Positions 1 through 9,555 of a stretch of DNA of 64,000 bases are shown here, piece by piece. Origin of the DNA: a virus; the IMG/VR virus record IMGVR_UViG_3300027863_000020, positions 86,818 to 150,817 of that record; one strand, given 5' to 3'. The notes under the pieces were generated by a model that did not search any database, was not told the DNA's origin, and worked only from the letters and a program-made list of their open reading frames with translations. The translations under genes were made by a program, and so were the position numbers. How positions within the stretch are numbered: position 1 is the stretch's first letter; every line of letters starts with the position of its first letter.

Positions 1-18
1 CAATTGTGAAAGTGTCAA

Positions 19-348
19 TTGTTCGGAAGAACCACCGCAACCAGACAAGGTAGGGTAATAGCCATGTCCACTCAATTTGTCGTAATCGACAAACTCGACC
101 ACCCGACCAATGCCTTATCAATCGAAATTGAAGAACGCTCTTGTCGGTTTGACTTGGATGTATGTGTGGTATCGCAAGATCGAACTACATTCAACACCGT
201 ACCAATCACCAAGACAGAACTGCTCGAAATGGCGAAGTCAATCATTCGGGTATGTGTTATCCATGCCGATATGGAAACAGATCGACAAGTTGATGAGCTA
301 CATAGTCTTGTCGATGAAATGCGGTGCATACCACGATCAACGAAATAG
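19..348 (+). CDS. hypothetical protein (start may be ATG at 64)
   Basis: ORF followed directly by a hairpin terminator; converges on the - strand gene block. Confidence 0.6.
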   Translation: MFGRTTATRQGRVIAMSTQFVVIDKLDHPTNALSIEIEERSCRFDLDVCVVSQDRTTFNTVPITKTELLEMAKSIIRVCVIHADMETDRQVDELHSLVDEMRCIPRSTK

Positions 349-369
349 CACACATCCGCATAAAACTAC

Positions 370-396
370 AAACGCACCCGTCTTGGGTGCGTTTTT
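370..396. terminator. intrinsic terminator, probably bidirectional
   Basis: AAACGCACCC-gtctt-GGGTGCGTTTTT between convergent genes. Confidence 0.85.
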
Positions 397-417
397 CGTA
401 GGATTCCTACAAATTGA

Positions 418-936
418 CTATCGGTTCCTCAAGAATTCTGGTCTTGGTAGTTCACCAGTCGGTGCATGGACACCCCTAGAAGTCTGTGTGATCGCATTAT
501 TGTGACCATTGACTACGATGGGCTTGTCCGTCTTTCCGTTGTCCAGAATGAACAGTATGGGCAAATCCCTGAAGTCGGACTGCTTGATGTAGCACAACTT
601 CCTGATTGACGGATTCGGATGCTCAAAATGCTTCATTGCGCCCGTATTGGACGAACAGATTTCATTGAACATCTTGAGGGCATCCGCTGTCTTGTCCCTT
701 TTCAGCAATAGAACGAATCGGTTGTATTCAAACTCATACCCAGAGGCACTAATCATCTTGATTGAGAAAGTGGCCTTGACCCACTTGCTAGGTCTCATCC
801 AGAACAACAATCTGGACGGTTTCCGCAATGTCGCAAATAGCGCACCGCTACGGATTCGCCACTCATATGTGGGGGATGTGTCGGATGCGACCAGTATTGA
901 TCGCAAATCAAGCGGATTTTCAGTTTTAGCCATCAA
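418..936 (-). CDS. hypothetical protein
   Basis: 172-aa ORF; CTAAATA late motif at 972-978 upstream. Confidence 0.65.
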   Translation of the reverse strand: MMAKTENPLDLRSILVASDTSPTYEWRIRSGALFATLRKPSRLLFWMRPSKWVKATFSIKMISASGYEFEYNRFVLLLKRDKTADALKMFNEICSSNTGAMKHFEHPNPSIRKLCYIKQSDFRDLPILFILDNGKTDKPIVVNGHNNAITQTSRGVHAPTGELPRPEFLRNR

Positions 937-970
937 TTCAACCTATCAATCAAGGAAACACCATTCTATC

Positions 971-1702
971 TTATTTAGGGCTACCAGAATCCTTCTTTTT
1001 GATTGGAAACGAGAACTTACCAGTTTTTGCCTTGATCTTGTTGTCGATAGCACCCGCCTTGGGAGTGGCGATAGGGGTCTCTTTTGGCGTTTCCTTGACC
1101 TCTACGGGCTTTGCCACCACGGGGGTAGGCTTTGCCAGTGCTCCGATCTCGATGGTCTTGGAGAGGACGCTAGGGGGGTTCTTTGGGTCGAACGGAATAT
1201 AGGACTTTCCATTGTCCAAGGAATAGAGCAAAGGTCGGGCATGAAGGCGGGATTGAGCCACTTTCGGGGTGAAGATTCGGGAAGGAACATTGGCGATATG
1301 GAGCCAATCGTTGCCCTTGGCACTGGTCTCGAAGATCAATTGACGGGGGCGGTCAATCGGGTTCGGATACTTGGTCAAAAAGTAATTGACGATGTGGAGG
1401 AATATCGAACGGAGACCGGGGATATAAAGATCAACGGCTCCCACTGCACCAGTGTAGGTTTTTCCATTCACGGGTACAGGGAGGCCAAAGAAATGGTCGG
1501 ATGTGACCGAAGGATTGTACCCGTTCCGCTTGAGCCTCAAGAAATCGTCAATGGTACGCAACCCAGAGGTAGGTACGCATTGGCGATTGACGAAATCCTG
1601 TACTTCGTTGCACAACTCCACGGCTTCATCAAGAAGTACGGTCGTTGCTTCATCGGGTACGAATCCCTTGGGGATCAATTGGGAACGGGTAATTGGGGTC
1701 AT
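971..1702 (-). CDS. peptidase M15 (Zn D-Ala-D-Ala/L-Ala-D-Glu type) putative endolysin
   Basis: TSGLR...SDH...AVD...QLIFE...WLHIA matches M15A/M15_3 motifs (SGYR, SxH, AxD, WxHI); Pro/Lys-rich C-terminal tail. Confidence 0.7.
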   Translation of the reverse strand: MTPITRSQLIPKGFVPDEATTVLLDEAVELCNEVQDFVNRQCVPTSGLRTIDDFLRLKRNGYNPSVTSDHFFGLPVPVNGKTYTGAVGAVDLYIPGLRSIFLHIVNYFLTKYPNPIDRPRQLIFETSAKGNDWLHIANVPSRIFTPKVAQSRLHARPLLYSLDNGKSYIPFDPKNPPSVLSKTIEIGALAKPTPVVAKPVEVKETPKETPIATPKAGAIDNKIKAKTGKFSFPIKKKDSGSPK

Positions 1703-1703
1703 C

Positions 1704-2012
1704 TTACTGTCCTTCCATCAAATCACCACCAAGGAAGTGGTCGGTCTGTTCCATGAGAAGATTGCGGGGATTCTTCGATTCTTCGAGGTTCTTCTTTCCT
1801 TCGAGCACCTTCTTCTCATCACCTTCCTTCAAGAGACGGTTGGCAATGCCAGTCGATACCTTGGAAAGAGCTTGCATGAATTCGTTGGAAAGGGGATCAT
1901 CGGAGAAGGCAAGACCCTTGAGCAACTGCACCGCTTTCGCCTGTGAGTCGTTGTCCTTGCCCCAATCGGTATCACCCAATTCCTTGATTACTTCTTTGAC
2001 CTTGATAGCCAT
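1704..2012 (-). CDS. putative head-internal protein with C-terminal LxEQ tag
   Basis: RNLLMEQTDHFLGGDLME motif shared with other late proteins. Confidence 0.6.
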   Translation of the reverse strand: MAIKVKEVIKELGDTDWGKDNDSQAKAVQLLKGLAFSDDPLSNEFMQALSKVSTGIANRLLKEGDEKKVLEGKKNLEESKNPRNLLMEQTDHFLGGDLMEGQ

Positions 2013-2016
2013 TTGA

Positions 2017-2508
2017 TTACCCCTTCAGATTGATGGAGTAGGTCATCTTGGCGATGTCGAGAACACCAGTCACCACGCCCTTACCGACCACTTCAACGAT
2101 CTTGTTCAAAGTTGAAATCTCTTGGGGATCGACTGCGACAACGATGGATTTCTCATCGGATGTCATGCGAACACGGCTTCCCAGAGTGGCGGTGATTGCG
2201 GACATCACATTGGAAAGAACTTCGCTTTCGTTGATTTCTTCCGTGGTCTCTTCGGATTCATCATCCTTCTTGGGGATTTCTTCCGATTCGGTAGAAGAAG
2301 CATTCGCTTCGGGAGCGGATTCGGGAGCGGATTCGATGACCGTACCAACGGGAAGGTCTCCTTCAACACCGTCTGCTTGGATGCTTTCGCCTTCCTGTAC
2401 GGTGTGTGGGGTTTCCAGAGTCTCATTGACGGAAGTGTCCACGGGGGTCACTGTCACGCCAACGGGGACTTCAGGGGTTTCGTCTGTGATGATCGGGTTC
2501 TTTGCCAT
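2017..2508 (-). CDS. acidic hypothetical protein (putative head/core protein)
   Basis: Glu-rich ORF, GAGGA RBS, late motif CTAAATA at 2532-2538. Confidence 0.7.
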   Translation of the reverse strand: MAKNPIITDETPEVPVGVTVTPVDTSVNETLETPHTVQEGESIQADGVEGDLPVGTVIESAPESAPEANASSTESEEIPKKDDESEETTEEINESEVLSNVMSAITATLGSRVRMTSDEKSIVVAVDPQEISTLNKIVEVVGKGVVTGVLDIAKMTYSINLKG

Positions 2509-2534
2509 AGTATCCTCTGTGTGGTTTCTTGTAT

Positions 2535-2717
2535 TTAGTTCATCAAAGTATGAAGGTCTTTGTGGTCGGGAATCAGGCTCTTTGTCTGCTCATCGAACTT
2601 CTTTTGATTCTCAATGAGCATATCGGACACACCATCCCAGAAGTCATCGTCTAGCTTCGAGTAGTCCACCGTTGCATCGGATTCTATCAGGTCGGAAAAA
2701 TCCGATAGACGGCTCAT
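2535..2717 (-). CDS. small acidic hypothetical protein (60 aa, MSRLSDFSDLIES...)
   Basis: ATGA overlap with the upstream gene; start refined from the ORF track. Confidence 0.6.
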   Translation of the reverse strand: MSRLSDFSDLIESDATVDYSKLDDDFWDGVSDMLIENQKKFDEQTKSLIPDHKDLHTLMN

Positions 2718-3055
2718 AATGCTTCCAATTTCTTGATGGCCTTCTGTATTTCTTTGAGACCCTTGGAAGCCTTTTCCTTTGCCTTGGATACCAGAACCTT
2801 GGCTTCGCCCTTGTCCGTCCAACTCCCGATTCCATCAAGGAATGCTTGTGCGCCCTTGAGCGTGTCAATCGCACTAGCGTATTCCTGATTGATGGAGAAG
2901 ATAGCTTCGCCCTTTTCACCAATAGGATCGACTGGATCGGATTCGCCATCCATATCATCGGGTTCGAGAGGTGGAGACCCACCCTCTTCTTCCAAGAGAT
3001 TGTCCACTTCACGGAACAATCTTCCAATGATCCTATTGTGATTGACGAAGTTCAC
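2714..3055 (-). CDS. acidic hypothetical protein
   Basis: 4-nt overlaps with both neighbours; weak tag-like LFREVDNLLEE. Confidence 0.65.
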   Translation of the reverse strand: MNFVNHNRIIGRLFREVDNLLEEEGGSPPLEPDDMDGESDPVDPIGEKGEAIFSINQEYASAIDTLKGAQAFLDGIGSWTDKGEAKVLVSKAKEKASKGLKEIQKAIKKLEAL

Positions 3056-3693
3056 TTGATTACCTCAAAGCAACTTGGAATTGACGGGCGTTCCTTGCTC
3101 CAACCCTTCTCATATTCCGCAACCACCCCGCCATCGGGGAATTCGTCAATGTCCCATCCATTCCACTTGTAGCGAATCTTCTCCTGTTTGGAGAACGCAA
3201 CATCCTTCCAGTAGGCATTGAACATGGATTCGGAAATGGTCTCTTCCGATTCTTCGTTCTTCGGACGGAACTTCGTGGTCATGGTGTATTCGGTCATGCC
3301 ACGGGTGTTGAGGAATACGGTCTTGCGAATGCGAGTGTCAATCTCATCATTGGGCTTCAATATGAAACCCTGTACGATCTTTTCGGTACTGAATTTGGTC
3401 TCTTGTTTCACCAAGTCTGGAACCTTCCTCAATTTGAAGGAAAGTTCGTCTTCGATCTCCACACTTTCTTCAAGGACTTCTCCAAGAAGGTATCCAACCT
3501 GTTCCTCAAGGGTGGATTTCAGGCCAAGCATCTTCTTGAGGATTCCCGTGACATAGGCATAGAAAGAATCACCATCGGATTCCTTGTGGCCTTCATCATT
3601 TGCCAATTTCTTGGCTTTGTCCCATAGGCGTTCTACTTCGGCAATGGGCTTACCGCTTTCTTTGGCGAATGATTTGAGTGCGGGTGTTGGCAT
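3052..3693 (-). CDS. fusion: N-terminal phage helical domain + LEEQ tag + CYTH-like (triphosphate tunnel) domain
   Basis: EDELSF...IVQGFI...TRIRK...YTMTTK...EKIRY...WDIDEF...VAEYE follows the CYTH motif order. Confidence 0.6.
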   Translation of the reverse strand: MPTPALKSFAKESGKPIAEVERLWDKAKKLANDEGHKESDGDSFYAYVTGILKKMLGLKSTLEEQVGYLLGEVLEESVEIEDELSFKLRKVPDLVKQETKFSTEKIVQGFILKPNDEIDTRIRKTVFLNTRGMTEYTMTTKFRPKNEESEETISESMFNAYWKDVAFSKQEKIRYKWNGWDIDEFPDGGVVAEYEKGWSKERPSIPSCFEVIK

Positions 3694-3694
3694 A

Positions 3695-4096
3695 TTATTC
3701 CTTGAATGAGAGGCGTTCTTTGATGAACGATTTGACCTTCTTGACCATCTTTCCTATGGGCTTCCCGTCAAGAACACCAATGCTTGCTTCGCACAATTCG
3801 TACAGAACATCTTGCTTGTCAATCTTGGCATCGTTGGCCTTCGGATTGCTTCTCAATTTCTCCGATTGGCTTTCGTGAATAGCCATTCGTTTCTGAATGG
3901 CCTTCTTGTCATACTTGGAAGACAACCAGACGATGTAGTCGTTGATGTAGCCTTCGTCCATCTTCAAAAAGTCGGATGGTTCCTTGTCGGCAAGGATCTC
4001 TGCCAATGCGTCCAAGTGGTCTTTATCCTCTTGCATGAGGGAACCACCAAGCAAATGATCTGTCTGTTCTTCGAGAATGCTTGCCTTCATAACCAC
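3695..4096 (-). CDS. putative head-internal protein with N-terminal LEEQ tag
   Basis: KASILEEQTDHLLGGSLMQE. Confidence 0.65.
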   Translation of the reverse strand: MVMKASILEEQTDHLLGGSLMQEDKDHLDALAEILADKEPSDFLKMDEGYINDYIVWLSSKYDKKAIQKRMAIHESQSEKLRSNPKANDAKIDKQDVLYELCEASIGVLDGKPIGKMVKKVKSFIKERLSFKE

Positions 4097-4098
4097 TC

Positions 4099-5157
4099 CT
4101 ATTTCTTCAATGACTTGTTCTTTCTGCGTTGAGCCATCGTTGCCCGATATTTGGAGAACATCTTGCGCTCGATATTCGGAATCAGATTGGCTCTGCGTTT
4201 GACCATTGCATCAACATCCACCTTTGCGCTCAAGGAAAGATCGTCATACTTTCCACCCTTGGACTTGGCGAACTTGTTTTTCAAGAATTTGATTGCGGCT
4301 TTGTGGACTCTGCTCTTGACCGTCTTCATGTCGGTACGGAAGAACTTGACCTTCCTACGGGCTTTCATCTTGGAGGCCATGCGCTTCATCCTACGACCCG
4401 CTACGAGCTTCCTACGGATCAATTCACCCTTGTTCAAAGGCTTCTTGAAGACCGCTTCTTCGATGACCGCACAAAGCTCCTTGTCCAACTGGATATTGAA
4501 CTCATCATTCATCTCTTGCATGAGGGTGAACGATGAAAAGTTCTCCATCTCGAACTTCTGGTATTCGGCCTGTTCCTCAAGGGTAGGCTCTTCCTCTTCT
4601 TCGTCCAGACGGGGATCGTCAATTTCGATCTCTTCGTCCAATCCGTTCATTTCATACGGGGTATCATCAATCTCTTCGTCATCGTCTGGATCATAGAACA
4701 GGTCATCATCGAATTCGGTGGAATCCACTGCGTCATCCGCATCATCGGAATCGTCTGCCAGATTGACAAGGATTTCAGCAACCTTGTCGGCAACCTTCTC
4801 GATGAAGTCTTCATTCGACCAACACCATTCCTTGCCTTCGTCCTGTTCTTTGTACAGTTCGGCATCGGGATCGGCTTCGGTCTTTTCCTTCTCTTCGGGC
4901 AACTGGTCTCCCGCCTGTGGACGCTTTGCGGGGCGAACCCATCCACGCCCATAGACCTTGTAATCGCCCAAGGAATTGGAATCAATGGCACTGGAACCAG
5001 ATTGAGCGGGTTCCCCTTCTTCCTTGAGAACCTTCTTGCCTTCTTCCATGATACCCAACCGTGTGCTCTCTTGAATACCCAAGGCACGATTGATGATGGA
5101 AGCAACCTTGGGATGCGGTTGTGCGTTCTGCATGAAAATTGAGGTAGGGGATTTCAT
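4099..5157 (-). CDS. putative prohead core protein (acidic middle, very basic C-terminus)
   Basis: D/E-rich centre followed by an Arg/Lys-rich helical tail, as seen in T4-like core proteins; PTLEEQAEY motif. Confidence 0.55.
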   Translation of the reverse strand: MKSPTSIFMQNAQPHPKVASIINRALGIQESTRLGIMEEGKKVLKEEGEPAQSGSSAIDSNSLGDYKVYGRGWVRPAKRPQAGDQLPEEKEKTEADPDAELYKEQDEGKEWCWSNEDFIEKVADKVAEILVNLADDSDDADDAVDSTEFDDDLFYDPDDDEEIDDTPYEMNGLDEEIEIDDPRLDEEEEEPTLEEQAEYQKFEMENFSSFTLMQEMNDEFNIQLDKELCAVIEEAVFKKPLNKGELIRRKLVAGRRMKRMASKMKARRKVKFFRTDMKTVKSRVHKAAIKFLKNKFAKSKGGKYDDLSLSAKVDVDAMVKRRANLIPNIERKMFSKYRATMAQRRKNKSLKK

Positions 5158-5165
5158 AGAAGCTC

Positions 5166-5567
5166 CTAGAACTTGATCTTGTGGGAAATGAACCAGTCTG
5201 CGACCTCTGCTTTCTTGACGATGGTGAGTTTTCCATTCGTCAATTGGGAAAGGGTCTGTGTCGGGTCACAATCAATCATATCCCACTCACGGAGTAGCTT
5301 CGCAACAAAGCCAAGCCTATCCTTGTCATCCTGTGAGAGATTATCGTATGCGTTCTTGTAAGTGAGTAGGAACCATTCCTTGAAATGGATAAGGAAGAAT
5401 TTGGTCTTCCCCTCAATTTCGGTATGGTACAGGTACACACTTGGGGCAAGGGCTTTCTGATAGACCTTGTTCACAACTTCGGGTGCGGGGGGACGAACCT
5501 TGACACCGATTCGGTTCAGAGTTTCACGCACCACATTGGGTTTCACTTTCAAAGATATTTCGATCAT
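5166..5567 (-). CDS. regA: translational repressor RegA
   Basis: MIEISL..VRETLNRIGV..FLIHFKE..LSQDD..LLREWDMI..W matches T4 RegA. Confidence 0.9.
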   Translation of the reverse strand: MIEISLKVKPNVVRETLNRIGVKVRPPAPEVVNKVYQKALAPSVYLYHTEIEGKTKFFLIHFKEWFLLTYKNAYDNLSQDDKDRLGFVAKLLREWDMIDCDPTQTLSQLTNGKLTIVKKAEVADWFISHKIKF

Positions 5568-5599
5568 ATAGTTTCCTGTCCTTATACTCTATTTATGCG

Positions 5600-6490
5600 T
5601 CATGCTTTGGATAGGTCTAGGACTGGTGGATTTTTGGATGGTTTGGTTTTTACCAACTTCGTGAACTTCGCAAGACGCTTGAATGCCTCTTCATTGTTCA
5701 CCGTCAATCCGATTTCCTTGGCGGTTTCATTGTTCAAGAAGTCGGTGAAGTTGGTCAGGTCTGATTGACCGAATACTACGATGAGGGGGTATTTGTCGGA
5801 AAGACCAGTGATGGTCAATGATGCTCCCCCTGCGTTGTTGATCCCAATACAGGCTTCGGCCTTGATTTCGGAATTGAACGCAACCACCACCGATTTGCTT
5901 CCTTCAAAAAGGGTTGCGAAATTCGGGAAGGTATCACGGTAATTTTCGGAATAAGTCAGGAATACGCTGTCTGCCTTGATGCGACCGCCTTCTGCGAATG
6001 AAAATGCGGTATCCATGCCAACGAAGTTCTTTACCCGTATTCCCGCCTTGATTGATGTGAGTCTGTGGGAGACAACGGTTCCATTCCAATCAAGGCCATC
6101 TAGCATACACCCGAATAGGGAAATGCGCCCATTGATGCTACCACCGATGAAATGGGCGTTTGCGAACACCATGTCCTTTTCATACTGGTTGTTCTTCAGT
6201 ATCAATCGGGAATAGAGACTGGTGTTTCCCACCGAAGTAGTCGTGCTTTCCATGTTGAGGGCATCGGCATACGAATGGATCGAATGTGATGCGGTCTGCG
6301 ATAACTTCCCGTCCTTAATTTCACCAATGAATGCGCCATTCTTCTTGTAAACATTGGTGACACCATTTCCGCTTACTCCATCAAGCCCTTTCCAGAGTTC
6401 CACCCATTTGGCATCGGGATAGAAATACTTGACAACGGTATTCTTGGTCGTACCTGTCTTTTCGTAGTATCGCTTCAAAACGCTAATCAT
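5600..6490 (-). CDS. hypothetical protein (possibly structural)
   Basis: ATGA-coupled to the gp3-like gene. Confidence 0.65.
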   Translation of the reverse strand: MISVLKRYYEKTGTTKNTVVKYFYPDAKWVELWKGLDGVSGNGVTNVYKKNGAFIGEIKDGKLSQTASHSIHSYADALNMESTTTSVGNTSLYSRLILKNNQYEKDMVFANAHFIGGSINGRISLFGCMLDGLDWNGTVVSHRLTSIKAGIRVKNFVGMDTAFSFAEGGRIKADSVFLTYSENYRDTFPNFATLFEGSKSVVVAFNSEIKAEACIGINNAGGASLTITGLSDKYPLIVVFGQSDLTNFTDFLNNETAKEIGLTVNNEEAFKRLAKFTKLVKTKPSKNPPVLDLSKA

Positions 6491-7080
6491 ATCGCATCCA
6501 CCTCTGTTCGAGCACCTTCCCATTCGCTAGGATGTGCTTTGTCATCGCTCGATTGACCATCATTGACACCGATGTAGTCGAACTCCAAATCTTGTGCGGT
6601 CAATGAAATGGTGAAGTCGAGTTCTTCGGAAGTACCCGATACCATCGTCAAGGAAGAGATTGAAGTAAGACATACATCCAACAATCGGATTCGGAGTCGT
6701 TCCCGCTTCTGCGTATCAAGCAACCAAGCGGTGCAATGCGTGATGAAGTTCATGTACGGAGCGGGAACACCGTTCCGATTCTCCACGCTTCCACGCCTTA
6801 ATTGATACCACCATTTCATAAACCACCAATAGTTCTCGAATCCTTCGGAGACCTTCATGGTGATCGTGAATGGAAACAATCCCTGATTTCGGTTGGGATT
6901 CATGTTCATCATTTCTCTTCCCGCAAAGAACGAACTGATATTGTCCACGGTCATATCGGGAAGAGTGAAGGTTGTGATGTACTGATCGAACAATCGAAGA
7001 TCGACCTTCTCACCTTCTGCACTAGGCATATCACCAATGGCAAAACGCCATTTGTCCGCTTTGGCTACATTCGGTATCAT
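6487..7080 (-). CDS. tail completion/tube terminator, T4 gp3-like
   Basis: FTLPDMT..FTITMKVSEGFENYWWFMKW..LTSISSL; tube-fold gp3 pattern; AGGAG RBS. Confidence 0.65.
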   Translation of the reverse strand: MIPNVAKADKWRFAIGDMPSAEGEKVDLRLFDQYITTFTLPDMTVDNISSFFAGREMMNMNPNRNQGLFPFTITMKVSEGFENYWWFMKWWYQLRRGSVENRNGVPAPYMNFITHCTAWLLDTQKRERLRIRLLDVCLTSISSLTMVSGTSEELDFTISLTAQDLEFDYIGVNDGQSSDDKAHPSEWEGARTEVDAI

Positions 7081-7081
7081 A

Positions 7082-8281
7082 TCACTCCTTGAACATTGAA
7101 ATGTCGGATTCTTCCATAGCCAGTCCACGCTCCATTCCACCACGCATGAGCACCAAATACATGAGGTGCCCAATAGGATGTTCGTGGTGATGGACTATTC
7201 CACCGATGATGTAGTTTCCACCATAGATTCCATCCATAGCAGACTTTTCGCCACGGTTCATAAACTCAAATTCGAGCTTGACCAGTTTCCCCAATTGATA
7301 GTCCTTGTGTGGTTTCACGCACACGATGGCACTTGCGGATGCGAAGTCGAGTTTCTTCTTCTCATTGAAGACTTCGCTTGCCATGATATTGTCATGTCCG
7401 CTAGGGGTCTTTTCGGTCTCGATAATCTTGTTCGATTGACCATTCAATTCTTTACGCATTTGATGGAATTCGGCAAGAGTTCCAACGATCTGCGAATTGA
7501 CGATGGTTTCGTATTTTCCCCAATCATAAGAGAAATCGGTTATCCCATATCCACCTGTCATATTGTGGAGGGATGTGATTGATTTGTAGGTGAATCCAAC
7601 GAAGGGGTAGAACTTGTTTTCTGGTTTCAGATCATTCGGCTCGATGTCTTCGGCATAGGCTTCTGGAAAATGACGGAGGATCATCGGAGCGTCTGCTTCG
7701 ATTGTCTTCAGGCTAGTAACCACCAATTTGCTATCCCGATTGGTGAACGCAAGCATCAAGTCATCATCCGCAACATGGGAGTGTCTGGATAAGTGCTTCA
7801 GGAAATCAAGTGTCGTTCCTGATTGGAGCCAAGTCATCGAATCGTTGGAATTGACGGAAATCTTCGGCTTGAACGACAACTCACCCGCCAACTGTTCAAA
7901 GACCTTGGAGCTTGTTTTGTTCGGAAATGAACGGAACCTATGTGGGTGATTGAGATTGGTACAGGCAAGGATACCAACCAATTGATGATCGGTTGCTTCT
8001 TGCTGTTTGTCCGTGATGTGTGCCTTCAATTTGAAGTATGCTTTCACGGGAAGTTCACGGACTTCGGGAGGGCGACCACCTAGCTCAATTTCAATGATGT
8101 CATCTTCTTGAAGATTGATACCACCAAAGAATTCTTCGGTCGATCTGAAATTGATGGAAATGGTAGGGATGAAATCGAACACCCATTCACGGATGGTTAT
8201 GTCCCTGATATTGACATACAGGATAGGAATACCCGCAATGGATAATCTGCAATGGGGCAATCTGGTATCAAATTCACTCAT
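7082..8281 (-). CDS. baseplate hub protein (gp27/late control D-like)
   Basis: ~400 aa, SMTWLQ..DFLKHL, LGKLV, GNYIIGGIVH; position next to gp53-like gene. Confidence 0.6.
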   Translation of the reverse strand: MSEFDTRLPHCRLSIAGIPILYVNIRDITIREWVFDFIPTISINFRSTEEFFGGINLQEDDIIEIELGGRPPEVRELPVKAYFKLKAHITDKQQEATDHQLVGILACTNLNHPHRFRSFPNKTSSKVFEQLAGELSFKPKISVNSNDSMTWLQSGTTLDFLKHLSRHSHVADDDLMLAFTNRDSKLVVTSLKTIEADAPMILRHFPEAYAEDIEPNDLKPENKFYPFVGFTYKSITSLHNMTGGYGITDFSYDWGKYETIVNSQIVGTLAEFHQMRKELNGQSNKIIETEKTPSGHDNIMASEVFNEKKKLDFASASAIVCVKPHKDYQLGKLVKLEFEFMNRGEKSAMDGIYGGNYIIGGIVHHHEHPIGHLMYLVLMRGGMERGLAMEESDISMFKE

Positions 8282-8598
8282 ACATCAAGTCCTTTTCTGC
8301 GAATCGCCTTGACATACCACCGTTCCATTTCGTTCTTCGGAGGGCATTTCAAGATGATTCCCGCTTTCAAATCATTCCAGACATCGGAGATGGAATTGAA
8401 CTTCATCAATATCCACCAGAAGCGATCATCCCCATACAGGGCATATGCGATAAGGTCGGGTCTTCCAACCTGTACCGATGTGACGGTATGCGGGGTTGTC
8501 TTTCCCTTGTACACGAAATCTTCAAAGCCAGTCTGTAATAGGTCGAGTTCTCCACGCCCATTGACTGCTTCGGTTTTGATTACTTTGGAACGCAACAT
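8278..8598 (-). CDS. baseplate wedge gp53-like (LysM/tail X)
   Basis: GRPDLIAYALYGDDRFWWILMKFNSISD. Confidence 0.85.
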   Translation of the reverse strand: MLRSKVIKTEAVNGRGELDLLQTGFEDFVYKGKTTPHTVTSVQVGRPDLIAYALYGDDRFWWILMKFNSISDVWNDLKAGIILKCPPKNEMERWYVKAIRRKGLDV

Positions 8599-9455
8599 TA
8601 TTCTTCCCCTTCAACGATTGTCACTCTCGATCCCCCGACTGGATACGACTCATAGGTGACGGGTTCGACTGTCTCGAAGGTGATTGTGAATGTGGCATAC
8701 ATAGGACCGGCTGTTGTCATTTCTTTCGAGAATGTCGCACCGAACGACTGGATAAAGACCTTCATTGACGCAACGGGGGATGCTCCCTGTGTTTGGGCAT
8801 ACCGACCGATTCGGATATGGATTGGATCGGGAGCCTTGACCGCATTTCGAGCCAATGCACCCTGCATGGCCTCATCGTCAATCAGACCACCCGCACCCGC
8901 CACGGAAGCAATAGCTGTACCCGCAACCGCCATAACCGCATTCTTCAGGCTGTCCTTGAGGGAACCACCACTGGAAAGACTAGCCAACCCTGCCGCAAGC
9001 CCCGAATTCAGCATTTCCGAATCGGACAATGCCTTGGGAAGAGCGATGGACTTGAGCATTTCCCAACGATCCCACACCACACCAGTACCATCCCAATCCA
9101 CGATGGTCACATTGGCATTCCAATTGAAGTAGCTTGCTTTGTCAAAGACCTTCTTTGCGGACAATCCGAACCCTTTGCCAGAACGGACTCCACCGATGGC
9201 AAACGCATCCGCTGTCTTGGCAAGCCGTGGGGAACCGCCATCGGAACCTTCGGCCTTTCCACCGACCGCCATAGACCCTAGAAGGTCTCCCATCATGGCA
9301 TCCGACCATTCCACGGAGATTTCGGGGGCGAAATCGTCATTGAGGGTTCCGAAGAACACGCCTTCGATGTATAGACCATAGAGGTCTTCGGCAAGCGCAA
9401 TCGCCTGTTCCCTACTGGTAGGGGTAGTGATTTTCGGTACTTTCTTATTAGACAT
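8598..9455 (-). CDS. baseplate tail-tube initiator/cap (gp48/gp54-like)
   Basis: APDPIHIRIG..FSKEMTTAGPMYATFTITFET; position between TMP-like gene and gp53; late motif at 9471-9477. Confidence 0.55.
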   Translation of the reverse strand: MSNKKVPKITTPTSREQAIALAEDLYGLYIEGVFFGTLNDDFAPEISVEWSDAMMGDLLGSMAVGGKAEGSDGGSPRLAKTADAFAIGGVRSGKGFGLSAKKVFDKASYFNWNANVTIVDWDGTGVVWDRWEMLKSIALPKALSDSEMLNSGLAAGLASLSSGGSLKDSLKNAVMAVAGTAIASVAGAGGLIDDEAMQGALARNAVKAPDPIHIRIGRYAQTQGASPVASMKVFIQSFGATFSKEMTTAGPMYATFTITFETVEPVTYESYPVGGSRVTIVEGEE

Positions 9456-9492
9456 GGGACACCTCAAAGGTATTTATGATGTCCCGTAAACG

Positions 9493-9526
9493 AAAAAAGA
9501 CCTACACGGGAGGGCGTGTAGGTCTT
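9493..9526 (-). terminator. intrinsic terminator
   Basis: 12-bp stem AAGACCTACACG/CGTGTAGGTCTT, loop CCCTCC, T6 tract on - strand. Confidence 0.9.
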
Positions 9527-9549
9527 CACATGAGGCGCAATGAGTGAAT
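9493..9549 (-). ncRNA. candidate ~57-nt small RNA
   Basis: Own promoter (9556-9584) and terminator with no ORF between them. Confidence 0.45.
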
Positions 9550-9555
9550 GGGAAG

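Noticed and set aside
647-1756. 369-aa + strand ORF
   Set aside because: Antisense shadow of the M15 peptidase and neighbouring genes; no motifs or RBS
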